Below, in pieces: positions 18,077 to 27,723 of a DNA stretch of 64,000 bases. Origin of the DNA: an uncultured Candidatus Actinomarina sp. (GTDB taxonomy: Bacteria > Actinomycetota > Acidimicrobiia > Actinomarinales > Actinomarinaceae); assembly GCA_902627635.1 (NCBI GenBank), contig CACOKA010000001.1, positions 34,778 through 98,777 of the forward strand, read 5' to 3'. A program made the position numbers and the translations under genes. The notes beneath the pieces are model-generated. The model ran no database searches, had not been told where the DNA came from, and saw only the letters and a program-made list of their open reading frames with translations. Each line of letters starts with the position of its first letter. Positions within the stretch are counted from its first letter, which is position 1.

Positions 18077-19162
18077 TTAATTTACTATTTCAATCAAGGG
18101 AATATAAACCTCTGTCTTAGAAAGTCCTCCGTGATACCCTTTTAAGTTTGCACTTAGATGATTTGGAAAAATTATGTTTCCCTCATCTAGAAGAAAAATT
18201 TGCTCTGGATAAAAATTTTCTATATCTTCATTAGTAGCTGTACCTAATAAAGAGATTATTTCTTCTTTTTCTAAAAAATACCCTGGAACGTTCTTGAATA
18301 CTTTTTCAATGCTTTCAACATCCCCATTTATATATACTGCTCTTTGATCGCCATAAATTTTTACAGATTCATCATATTCAAGTCTAAATTTGTTTTGGTC
18401 TTCAATATTAACCACTCCATGGTCAGCAGTTATGCACGTATATCTATTTGAATCTATTTTTATCATTCTTGATAAAAATTCTGAAAAGATATTTACTTCA
18501 TTTCGCCATTCGTCACTATTTGTTCCATATACGTGTGCTGCAACATCAATCACTGGATAATATATGTAATTAAAGTGATTATCTAATATTTCGGATAAAG
18601 ATAAAATATTCTCAAGTTCATTTAAATTTTCATAGCCTATTTGATTCGCACCCATATATATGTGATCAGATAGAGGGCTACCGATTAAATTTTTTGGTTG
18701 AATAACATTGAAATTAATTTTATTTTGACTCAATATATTCCAAATAGTTTTTTGGGAAGAGAAAAAATCATTATTTTTTAAGTAAGTTTCAGAACCTTTC
18801 CAATTTAAGGTATTGATTAATTTATTTTCCTGTTTAGCAAAATGAAAATAACCAATCAAACCATTATCTATTGGTTTAGAAGCAAAATTAATTGAACTTA
18901 AGGCAACACTTGTAGAGCTAGGAAACGTAGAGACTATCTCATCGGTTTGGTTATTGGTAAATAAATTATCTAAATTTTCGATATTTTTGCTACCTAAGCC
19001 ATCAACTAAAATAAAGTTTATTTTTTTGATTGATTGATCGTACTTCTTTAGGACTAATTTTTGGTTAACATTAAATATCTTTTCTGAACAAATGTTATTG
19101 ATTAATACCTGTACAAGATCTGTTAGATTTGGAGAATCTAGAAAAAAATTATTTTTATCCAT
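18077..19162 (-). CDS. Alkaline phosphatase superfamily / nucleotide pyrophosphatase-phosphodiesterase
   Basis: LVDGLG, STFPSSTSVAL, DVAAHVYG, TADHG and GYHGGLS motifs. Confidence 0.88.
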   Translation of the reverse strand: MDKNNFFLDSPNLTDLVQVLINNICSEKIFNVNQKLVLKKYDQSIKKINFILVDGLGSKNIENLDNLFTNNQTDEIVSTFPSSTSVALSSINFASKPIDNGLIGYFHFAKQENKLINTLNWKGSETYLKNNDFFSSQKTIWNILSQNKINFNVIQPKNLIGSPLSDHIYMGANQIGYENLNELENILSLSEILDNHFNYIYYPVIDVAAHVYGTNSDEWRNEVNIFSEFLSRMIKIDSNRYTCITADHGVVNIEDQNKFRLEYDESVKIYGDQRAVYINGDVESIEKVFKNVPGYFLEKEEIISLLGTATNEDIENFYPEQIFLLDEGNIIFPNHLSANLKGYHGGLSKTEVYIPLIEIVN

Positions 19163-19238
19163 AAAAAAATTTTACAAAAGAATTCCTCTGAAGTTTGAAA
19201 TAAAACTAAACTTTTTATGAGCATACTAAAGTTATTAT

Positions 19239-19604
19239 ATGATTTCTTATTTTCAGGATTACGTTACTGTTGGGGCAATGATAGGTCTCGGACTTGTCTT
19301 GTTTCTAGTTTTTATTTCCGTATCTGCATTACTTAGTCCCAAAAAACCAACTCCAGAAAAAGTTAAAACATACGAGTGCGGAGTAGATCCAGTAGGTGGT
19401 GGATGGAGCCAAACTTATGTTAGATACTATATATTTGGTTTATTATTTGTAATTTTTGACGTTGAGGCAGTATTTATTTTTCCATGGGCACTGAATCTAG
19501 AAAATCTTGGATACTTTGGCTTGGTTGAAATGTTTATCTTTATTTTTATTCTCTTACTTGGTTTGATATATGCAATTAGAAAGGATGTCCTCAAATGGGA
19601 GTAA
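19239..19604 (+). CDS. nuoA: Complex I subunit A, operon 2
   Basis: TYECGVDP and [10 protein letters not shown] motifs. Confidence 0.96.
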   Translation: MISYFQDYVTVGAMIGLGLVLFLVFISVSALLSPKKPTPEKVKTYECGVDPVGGGWSQTYVRYYIFGLLFVIFDVEAVFIFPWALNLENLGYFGLVEMFIFIFILLLGLIYAIRKDVLKWE

Positions 19605-20092
19605 TTGAAAAGTTTGGTATCCCAAAGCCTATTTCTAAAATATTGAATTGGGCAAGAGCATATGATATGTGGTATTTCCAATTTGGTTTAGCATGCTGTG
19701 CCATTGAAGTTATGGCAGCAAGTGGACCAAGACACGATTTTATGAGATTAGGTATAATTCCACTTCCTGCATCGCCAAGACAAGCTGACCTAATGGTGGT
19801 TGCAGGTACCGTAACCGATAAAATGGCCCCAGCAGTCAAAAGATTATATGACCAAATGCCGGAACCAAAGTATGTAATTTCAATGGGTTCATGTTCAAAC
19901 AGTGGGGGACCGTATTGGGATTCTTACTCTGTTACAAAAGGTGTAGATCAATTAATTCCAGTAGACGTTTATGTTCCCGGATGTCCACCAAGACCAGAAG
20001 CTTTGCAAGAAGGAATAGTTTTATTACAGAAAAAAATAAAAGGTGAAGATATGAAAGAAAAGTGGAGAGAAAAAGACATTGAACCAGTCTGA
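19595..20092 (+). CDS. nuoB: Complex I subunit B, operon 2
   Basis: [23 protein letters not shown]. Confidence 0.97.
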   Translation: MGVIEKFGIPKPISKILNWARAYDMWYFQFGLACCAIEVMAASGPRHDFMRLGIIPLPASPRQADLMVVAGTVTDKMAPAVKRLYDQMPEPKYVISMGSCSNSGGPYWDSYSVTKGVDQLIPVDVYVPGCPPRPEALQEGIVLLQKKIKGEDMKEKWREKDIEPV

Positions 20093-20639
20093 TCAAAACG
20101 AATTCGTAAATTCAATTCAAAGTAAATTTCAAAATTCATCAGTTGAATTTGATACATTAAAAATTGAAGTAGATTCTCAGTCTTGGGTTGATACGCATAA
20201 GACATTGAAAGCAGAATTTAATTTAAAATTTTTTAATTGGCTATCTGCTGTTGACTGGGATAACGATGTAAAAATTGGTGACGCACCAAAAGAATCAGTA
20301 ATCCCAAGTTTTGAAATAATAAGTTGTTTATCAAAAACAAATTCTGACGACTTAGTTATATCATCTACAAAGATTTCAAAAGAGGAACCACAGATTGATT
20401 CATTAGTTGAAGTTTTTGGTGGAGCGAACTGGCATGAAAGAGAAGCTTATGAAATGTTTGGTATAAATTTCTTGAACCATCCAAATTTAAAGAAACTTTA
20501 TCTTCCTGATGCTTATGAAGGGAATCCTTTACTTAAATCATTTGAGTTGATAAGTAGAGAAGTTAAACCTTGGCCAGGTGAAGTTGATGTAGAAGGTATG
20601 CCAGAAGATAACAACGTAGTCTCAGAAGAGGGTAGCTAA
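20079..20639 (+). CDS. nuoC: Complex I subunit C, operon 2
   Basis: [18 protein letters not shown] motif. Confidence 0.94.
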   Translation: MNQSDQNEFVNSIQSKFQNSSVEFDTLKIEVDSQSWVDTHKTLKAEFNLKFFNWLSAVDWDNDVKIGDAPKESVIPSFEIISCLSKTNSDDLVISSTKISKEEPQIDSLVEVFGGANWHEREAYEMFGINFLNHPNLKKLYLPDAYEGNPLLKSFELISREVKPWPGEVDVEGMPEDNNVVSEEGS

Positions 20640-21835
20640 TGGCTCAAACGATGGATCCAAACAATATGCCAATTTTATCTGAAGCATCAGTTTCTGTTGA
20701 AATTGAAACAGAAGATATGACTTTAAATATTGGTCCTCAACATCCTTCGACTCACGGTGTTTTAAGGTTAGTAGCTAAAATTAATGGAGAAAAAATATCC
20801 AGTGTTGAACCTGTGCTTGGATATATGCATAGAGGATATGAGAAACTTGCAGAAGTAAGAACTTATCCACAAGTAACAACATTAGTAAATAGAATTGACT
20901 GGGTTTCAGGTTTTGCGAATGAGATTCCATTTATCGCTGGTGCTGAAAAATTAATGGAAATCGAAGTACCTGAAAGAGCACAATACATCAGACTGATTTT
21001 GACAGAAATGGCAAGAATAAGCTCCCACTTTGTTTTTAACGGTGCTTTCCCACTTGAGATTGGTGCACTAACACCTATATTTTTAGCTATGGAAGATCGA
21101 GAAAGAGTTCTTGATTTGCTCGAATCTGTTACTGGTGGAAGATTTCATCCAAACTTTAATCGAATCGGTGGGGTAAAACCTGCCGCAGGTGCTGGGCCAA
21201 CAACAAAAAAAGATATACAGGATTTACCAGCAGGTTTTTATCACGATACCAAAGTTGCAATGCAAAAAGTTCTCGAAGCTGTTGATAGATTTGAAGATTT
21301 AATTGGCGGAAATGAAGTATTTCAACTTAGAACAAAGAATGTTGGTATATTACCAAAAGAAGTTGCGGAAGAGTACGGAGTATCTGGCCCAATATTGAGA
21401 GCATCTGGTGTTGAGTTTGATTTGAGAAAACAATCAAATTACTTACCATATGACAAATTTGACTTTGAAATACCAATTGGTGAAAATGGTGACTGTTTCG
21501 ATAGATGGGCTGTAAGAACATCCGAAATGAGAGAATCTGCAAAAATTATTTTACAAGCAATTGAAGACATGCCTTCTGGGCCAATCCAAGCAAAAGTACC
21601 AAAAGTTATAAAAGTTCCAAAAGGACAAACATATGTAAGAGCAGAAAATCCTAAGGGTGAAATGGGATATTATATAATTTCTGAAGGTGGTTTAGGGCCT
21701 TATAGGTTAAAAATAAGAACAGCTTCATTTAGTAACATATCAATTTTGCCAATAATGCTTGAAGGAGCATTGCTTCCTGACTTGATAGCAATAATGGGTA
21801 GTTTAGATTTTGTTCTTGGAGATGTAGATAGATGA
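20639..21835 (+). CDS. nuoD: Complex I subunit D, operon 2
   Basis: NIGPQHPSTHGVLR, GYMHRGYEK, LGDVDR C-terminus; no NiFe-binding CxxC. Confidence 0.97.
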   Translation: MAQTMDPNNMPILSEASVSVEIETEDMTLNIGPQHPSTHGVLRLVAKINGEKISSVEPVLGYMHRGYEKLAEVRTYPQVTTLVNRIDWVSGFANEIPFIAGAEKLMEIEVPERAQYIRLILTEMARISSHFVFNGAFPLEIGALTPIFLAMEDRERVLDLLESVTGGRFHPNFNRIGGVKPAAGAGPTTKKDIQDLPAGFYHDTKVAMQKVLEAVDRFEDLIGGNEVFQLRTKNVGILPKEVAEEYGVSGPILRASGVEFDLRKQSNYLPYDKFDFEIPIGENGDCFDRWAVRTSEMRESAKIILQAIEDMPSGPIQAKVPKVIKVPKGQTYVRAENPKGEMGYYIISEGGLGPYRLKIRTASFSNISILPIMLEGALLPDLIAIMGSLDFVLGDVDR

Positions 21836-22812
21836 GTTTTAGTACCGAATTACTTATCAAAGTTTTGGTTGTTTTAGCTACAGCTCCAGCAATGGCCTTA
21901 GGGCTTACTTTGCTGGAGGTTAAAGGTTCTGCCTGGATGCAAAGAAGACCAGGTCCTCTTCATGTTGGTTTAAGAGGATTTATATTTCCACTTGCAACAG
22001 CTGCAAAATATTTACAAAAGGAAACAATCATTCCAAATGATGTTGATGAGCCTGTATTTAAGTGGGCACCAGCTTGGGTTATAGCAGCTGTAGTAGGCCT
22101 TTTTACAATTATTCCATTAAGTCCCACGTTAATTGTTCGTGATCTGGAATTAGGAGTCTTCTTTTTACTTGCAATCAGCTCCATCTCTACTATTGGAGTT
22201 CTTACAGCTGGATGGTCCTCTGCAAACAAATTTTCTCTAATGGGTGGTTTAAGAGCAGCAGGCCAACTTATTGCCTATGAATTACCACTAATTTTATCTG
22301 TAGTTGGTGTAGTTATACAAGCTGAAACTATGTCAACAGTTGGAATAGTAGAAAAACAGATTGAATTTGGATTTCCTTTTGTAATTGCAGGACAGGGTAT
22401 TGCTTTTATTATTTTTATGATTGCAGCAACTGCTGAAATGATGAGAACACCATTTGATATGCCAATTGGTGAATCTGAATTAACTATGGGCTTTTTTACA
22501 GAATATTCTGGGATTAGATTTCTTATTTTTTATATTTCTGAATACATAAATTTATTTGTAATGTGTGCGATTGCCTCAACTCTTTTCTTAGGAGGTTATC
22601 ATGTACCACTTTTACCTACTGAATGGGTTAACTTTTATGGTCCATTGGTTCTAATTGGAAAGACATTTTTACTTGCATTTATCCTTATTGCTATAAGATG
22701 GTCTTTCCCACGATTCAGGGAAGATCAACTTCAGACCCTTGCTTGGAAAGTCCTTATACCACTCTCTCTTTTGAATATAATGGTTACAGCAATCATGAAA
22801 GTTGTTTTTTGA
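21832..22812 (+). CDS. nuoH: Complex I subunit H, operon 2
   Basis: MQRRPGP, AEMMRTPFDMP.GESEL; overlaps the nuoD stop. Confidence 0.96.
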   Translation: MSFSTELLIKVLVVLATAPAMALGLTLLEVKGSAWMQRRPGPLHVGLRGFIFPLATAAKYLQKETIIPNDVDEPVFKWAPAWVIAAVVGLFTIIPLSPTLIVRDLELGVFFLLAISSISTIGVLTAGWSSANKFSLMGGLRAAGQLIAYELPLILSVVGVVIQAETMSTVGIVEKQIEFGFPFVIAGQGIAFIIFMIAATAEMMRTPFDMPIGESELTMGFFTEYSGIRFLIFYISEYINLFVMCAIASTLFLGGYHVPLLPTEWVNFYGPLVLIGKTFLLAFILIAIRWSFPRFREDQLQTLAWKVLIPLSLLNIMVTAIMKVVF

Positions 22813-23297
22813 TGCAAAAATTCAAACCAAGGATTCCTGGATTTTTAACTGGACTTAAAATTGTCATTGGCAATATGTTTAAAACCCTTCTTCCTTTTTT
22901 TGAAAATCCTAATGTAAATTATCCTTTTGAAAAAGAAATACTCGCACCTAGAACTAGGGGTGTCATCGCTTTAGATTCTGAAGCATGTACAAGTTGCATG
23001 TTGTGTGCAAGATCTTGTCCAGACTGGTGCATTTACATAGAGGGTCACAAAGAGTTACAACCTCCTTCAAAGCCAGGAGGACGTCAGAGAAGTAGAGCGG
23101 TACTCGATCGGTTTGACATTGATTATGCACTTTGTATGTATTGTGGGATATGTGTTGAAGTATGCCCATTTGATGCATTGTTTTGGTCACCTGAATACGA
23201 ATATTCAGAATTTTCTATGGGCGATATGCTCCATGACAAAGATAGGCTTGATGAATGGCTAAAGACTGTTCCTGAAGGTCCAGGTTTAGAGAACTAA
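22812..23297 (+). CDS. nuoI: Complex I subunit I, operon 2
   Basis: CTSCMLCARSCP and CMYCGICVEVCP; ATG at 22812 (TGATG coupling). Confidence 0.95.
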   Translation: MQKFKPRIPGFLTGLKIVIGNMFKTLLPFFENPNVNYPFEKEILAPRTRGVIALDSEACTSCMLCARSCPDWCIYIEGHKELQPPSKPGGRQRSRAVLDRFDIDYALCMYCGICVEVCPFDALFWSPEYEYSEFSMGDMLHDKDRLDEWLKTVPEGPGLEN

Positions 23298-23815
23298 TGG
23301 AAGCAATAGACATATTTTCATACTTTCTTTTGCTGTTGCTTTTACTTAGTGGAGTAAAAGTTGTGACAACATCAAATGTTATACACGCTGCCATATTTTT
23401 AGTTTTTACTCTTGCTACCACTGCTGTTTTATTCATATTATTATCGGCTGAATTTGTAGCTTTAGTCCTAATACTTGTATATATAGGTGCAGTTATTGTT
23501 TTATTTTTATTTGGTGTGATGATCACAAGAGCTCCTTTAGGTCCAAATGCTGAACTAGATAATGATCAAAATAAATTATTGGCTGCTGTCATATCATTTT
23601 CAATTTTTGGAATATTTACTTATATTCTTCTACAAACTTTTGATTCAACAGTAGTTATAAGCGAAGGAACATCTACGAAACTATTAGGAGAAATTTTGTT
23701 AAGTAGATTTGTGTTTCCTTTTGAGCTGGTTTCATTTGTTTTGTTAGGAGCTTTAATTGGTGGCATTACATTAGCAAGAAAAGATAATGCATTAATGGAT
23801 GAAGATCAAATATGA
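23297..23815 (+). CDS. nuoJ: Complex I subunit J, operon 2
   Basis: VYIGAVIVLFLFGVMIT motif. Confidence 0.95.
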   Translation: MEAIDIFSYFLLLLLLLSGVKVVTTSNVIHAAIFLVFTLATTAVLFILLSAEFVALVLILVYIGAVIVLFLFGVMITRAPLGPNAELDNDQNKLLAAVISFSIFGIFTYILLQTFDSTVVISEGTSTKLLGEILLSRFVFPFELVSFVLLGALIGGITLARKDNALMDEDQI

Positions 23816-24117
23816 GCATTCAACCATTACTGATTGCAGCAGCAGCTTTATTCTCTATAGGTATTTATGGAATTCTTGTAAGAAGAAACGCAGTAATGGT
23901 TTTACTGTCAATTGAGCTGATTCTTAATTCGGTAAACATAAATTTTGTAGCATTCAACGCTATGCTTTCAGATGTTTTTTTAAATGGCCAGATTTTTTCA
24001 ATTTTCATTATCACTATTGCAGCAGCAGAAGTTGGTATTGGATTAGCTATTGTTCTTATGCTTTTTAGAAATCGAGAAACAGCCAATATAAATGAATTTG
24101 ATTTAATGAAATGGTAA
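23812..24117 (+). CDS. nuoK: Complex I subunit K, operon 2
   Basis: SIELILNSVN, AAAEVGIGLAI. Confidence 0.96.
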   Translation: MSIQPLLIAAAALFSIGIYGILVRRNAVMVLLSIELILNSVNINFVAFNAMLSDVFLNGQIFSIFIITIAAAEVGIGLAIVLMLFRNRETANINEFDLMKW

Positions 24118-26129
24118 ATCAAAATTTTATAAATTTTCTTGCTGAAGGTCAGCCAGAATATACTGATGGTGGTGTACTCGCTGAATTTACTTGGTTGATT
24201 GTTGTACTTCCATTCTTAGCTGCAATTTTGATTACTTTTTTTGGAAAATATCTACCATTACAAGGTGCAGAGCTAGCTTTAGGAACAGTTTTATTCATAT
24301 TTTCATATAGCGCAGCTTTACTTTATCAGCACGCGACAAAAGGAATCGCCAATGAATTTTTTATCAACGTAGGAAGTATTGGTTCTTATGATCTTGAGTT
24401 TGGCTGGGTCGTTGATGGATTATCTATCATGATGTACTTCGTAGTTGGAACTGTTTCATCTTTAGTTTTCATATATGCAACAAATTATATGCAAGGTGAA
24501 ATAAGATATACTTTCTTTTTCACATCACTCACATTATTTGCTGGGAGTATGTTAGTTTTAGTTTCTTCTCCAACACTTTTGCAATTGTTGATTGGTTGGG
24601 AATTAGTTGGAGTTTGTTCATATCTACTAATTGGTCATTACTGGGAAAAAAAGGAAAATTCTTCCGCAGCGATGAAAGCATTTATAACTAATAAAATTGC
24701 TGATGTCGGGTTAATGATTGGAATCATTGTTCTTGCTTTATCAACAAAAACCTTGAGAATTTCTGAGATATTGTATCAATCAACTCATGATTATGCAGAT
24801 ATCAAAACTGTGGCATATTTAGGTGGAGTTCTTCTTTTTATAGGTGCAATGGGAAAGAGTGCTCAATTTCCACTTCATGTTTGGTTGCCTGATGCAATGG
24901 CAGGCCCAACACCAGTATCTGCTTTAATGCATGCAGCAACAATGGTCACCGCGGGTGTCTATCTTCTTGGTCGGATGTTTCCTTTCTACCAGGGAATGGC
25001 ATCACAAGCACTGGATATAGTTCTTTTATTCGGAGTAATTACACTTCTTGGAGCAGGATTAGTCGCTGTAGTTCAAGATGATCTCAAAAAAGTTCTTGCA
25101 TATTCTACAGTAAGTCAACTTGGTTACATGGTTACAGCAATGGGTTCAGGTGCATACACTGCGGGTCTTTTTCACCTATGGACTCATGCATTTTTTAAAG
25201 CTTTATTATTTTTAGGTGCTGGCTCGGTAATTCATGCAGTGCACACAAATAACATGTCTGAAATGGGTGGACTAAGGAAAGAAATGCCCAGAACATTTTC
25301 AACCTTCATTATTGGAACTGTAGCCCTTGCTGGACTTCCTCCATTAGCTGGATTTTTCTCAAAAGATGAGATACTCGCATCACTCAATCACGAAGGGCAT
25401 AATTTATATTTTATTATTTCTGTTCTTGGAGCCTTTATCACTGCGTTTTACATGACAAGAGCAGTTCTTTTAACATTTTTTGGTGACTATCGGGGTGATG
25501 GACACCCTCACGAATCTGACAAGATGATGACAATTCCATTGATAATATTATCAGGATTTGCCATTGTTGCAGGATGGGCAAACATACCTGGTGTTTATAC
25601 AGGATTTACAAAATGGGTTACAACAAGGAAAAATTACATTGTAGAATATCACCCTGAATCATTTGATTTGGTTGCTATGTTCAGTGGTCTTACATCTGGA
25701 CTTTTGGGTATTGGACTTGCCTACTACGTCTATCAGATGTCAGGAAATGCAACTGACGGCGATGAAAAAATTAAAATAAAACCAATATGGAATTTATTGG
25801 AAAATAAATACTACTTAGATTTCTTCTACTTCAAATTCATAATTGATCCTGTAAAAATAACTTTTGCTAAATTTGTTGACTCATTTAATTCAAATGTCCT
25901 TGATCGGTTTGTTAATGGTGTTGGGACAACTGCTTCAAAAGCAGGCGGAATTGTATATACAAATCTTGACCAAGGAGGCATTGACAAAGTACTTAATTTA
26001 TCATCAACAGGTACAGACACTATTGGAAGTAAAGTCAAATTAATTCAAACTGGTAAAACTCAACAATACTTAATGTATTTTTTAATAGGAGTGATAGTTA
26101 TTAGCTTAATAATTTTGTTAGTGTTATGA
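24111..26129 (+). CDS. nuoL: Complex I subunit L, operon 2
   Basis: GKSAQFPLHVWLPDAMAGPTPVSALMHAATMV. Confidence 0.97.
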   Translation: MVNQNFINFLAEGQPEYTDGGVLAEFTWLIVVLPFLAAILITFFGKYLPLQGAELALGTVLFIFSYSAALLYQHATKGIANEFFINVGSIGSYDLEFGWVVDGLSIMMYFVVGTVSSLVFIYATNYMQGEIRYTFFFTSLTLFAGSMLVLVSSPTLLQLLIGWELVGVCSYLLIGHYWEKKENSSAAMKAFITNKIADVGLMIGIIVLALSTKTLRISEILYQSTHDYADIKTVAYLGGVLLFIGAMGKSAQFPLHVWLPDAMAGPTPVSALMHAATMVTAGVYLLGRMFPFYQGMASQALDIVLLFGVITLLGAGLVAVVQDDLKKVLAYSTVSQLGYMVTAMGSGAYTAGLFHLWTHAFFKALLFLGAGSVIHAVHTNNMSEMGGLRKEMPRTFSTFIIGTVALAGLPPLAGFFSKDEILASLNHEGHNLYFIISVLGAFITAFYMTRAVLLTFFGDYRGDGHPHESDKMMTIPLIILSGFAIVAGWANIPGVYTGFTKWVTTRKNYIVEYHPESFDLVAMFSGLTSGLLGIGLAYYVYQMSGNATDGDEKIKIKPIWNLLENKYYLDFFYFKFIIDPVKITFAKFVDSFNSNVLDRFVNGVGTTASKAGGIVYTNLDQGGIDKVLNLSSTGTDTIGSKVKLIQTGKTQQYLMYFLIGVIVISLIILLVL

Positions 26130-26143
26130 GAGAGTGGTAAATA

Positions 26144-27721
26144 TTGAGTAGTTTTTCTTTTTTGGAGAGTGGATTAGGTTTAACCGTAGTAGTTTTTCTT
26201 CCCCTTGTATCTGCAATTTTTATATTCTTAATACCTAAGAAACAAGAGATGATAATTAAATTAGTAACTCTTGGATCTGCACTGCTTACTTTTGCAGTAA
26301 GTTTAATTGTTGCTTTGCAATTTGATTTTAATAACGCTGGTGACCTTCAGCTTGGCACTAAGGTCTCATGGATTAGTAGTATTAATTCAAATTATGAAAT
26401 AGGTATAGACGGTATTTCTTTACCTTTATTACTTTTATCTACTTTCATTTCTGTATTGGCAATTATTTATTCTTTTGAACATTTACCTGAACCAAAAAAT
26501 GCAAAAGGAATGATGTCTTTGATTTTAATTTTAGAAACTGGAATGAATGGTACATTTGTGGCATTAGATCTAATTTTATTTTTTGTATTTTTTGAACTTG
26601 TTTTACTACCAATGTATTTCATGATTGGTATTTGGGGAGATAAAACTGTCAGAAGTGTTTCTGGACTTAAGAATGATATTGAAACAAGACTTTATGCAAG
26701 TATTAAGTTTTTTGTATTTACATTATTTGGATCTGCTTTCATGCTTCTAGGATTCCTAGGTTTATATTTCAGGGGAAATAGAACATTTAGTATTCCAGAA
26801 CTAATTGAGCTTGGCTCTAGTGGAGCATTCACAGGTACATTTGCAACGTTAGTTTTTGCTGTTTTATTTTTGGGGTTTGCAGTAAAAGTACCAATGTGGC
26901 CACTACATACATGGTTGCCTGATGCACACACAGCTGCACCAACTGTTGGATCTGTTTTATTAGCCGCTATTTTGTTAAAACTTGGATCCTATGGTTTTGT
27001 AAGAATTGCTTTACCTATACTTCCAGAACAGGCTGTTGCTTGGGCTCCAGCTATTGCAGTGCTGTCAGCAATTGGAATAATATACGGTTCTCTTGCTTGC
27101 TTGGCACAAACAGATCTTAAAAGATTGATTGCATTTTCTTCAGTAGGACATATGGGCTTTGTAATGCTTGGGATATCTTCACTTACCTCAATAGGTATTA
27201 ATGCTGCAATGATTGGAATGGTTGCCCACGGAATAATTACTGGTTTATTGTTCTTTGTTTCTGGTTCTATGGCACATACTTATCACACTAGAGACATGGA
27301 AAGATTAGGTGGAAATATGAAACTTCTTCCAAAGACCGGAGCCATTTTAGCTTTTACAGCTATGGCGTCACTTGGCTTACCTGGATTGGCAGGATTTTGG
27401 GGAGAATTTATGGCTCTCCTTGGAGCGTACAATCCATTACCTGGTTTAAACATTACAATTTTTAGATCTTCCATGGTTGCAGGTGCAATTGGAACTGTTT
27501 TAACAGCAGGTTATTTATTATGGATGCTTCAAAGAGTTAATCTTGGTGAACCTAAAGAAGAATGGTTAGATAAAGAGCTTCATGATGCAGACAATTATGA
27601 GCTTGTTGCTTGGATACCTTTAGTAATACTTACTGTTCTAATCGGAGTATTTCCAAAACTTATATTTGGAGCAACTAATGATGCAGTTATTGCTTTGGTA
27701 TCTAAAGCGTTCGGAGGCTAA
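26144..27721 (+). CDS. nuoM: Complex I subunit M, operon 2
   Basis: KVPMWPLHTWLPDAHTAAP. Confidence 0.97.
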   Translation: MSSFSFLESGLGLTVVVFLPLVSAIFIFLIPKKQEMIIKLVTLGSALLTFAVSLIVALQFDFNNAGDLQLGTKVSWISSINSNYEIGIDGISLPLLLLSTFISVLAIIYSFEHLPEPKNAKGMMSLILILETGMNGTFVALDLILFFVFFELVLLPMYFMIGIWGDKTVRSVSGLKNDIETRLYASIKFFVFTLFGSAFMLLGFLGLYFRGNRTFSIPELIELGSSGAFTGTFATLVFAVLFLGFAVKVPMWPLHTWLPDAHTAAPTVGSVLLAAILLKLGSYGFVRIALPILPEQAVAWAPAIAVLSAIGIIYGSLACLAQTDLKRLIAFSSVGHMGFVMLGISSLTSIGINAAMIGMVAHGIITGLLFFVSGSMAHTYHTRDMERLGGNMKLLPKTGAILAFTAMASLGLPGLAGFWGEFMALLGAYNPLPGLNITIFRSSMVAGAIGTVLTAGYLLWMLQRVNLGEPKEEWLDKELHDADNYELVAWIPLVILTVLIGVFPKLIFGATNDAVIALVSKAFGG

Positions 27722-27723
27722 AA

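Noticed and set aside
19595..21835. Operon 2 as a group 4 [NiFe] hydrogenase
   Set aside because: NuoD lacks the CxxC Ni-binding motifs, NuoB has the complex I CC motif, and nuoA/J/K are present.
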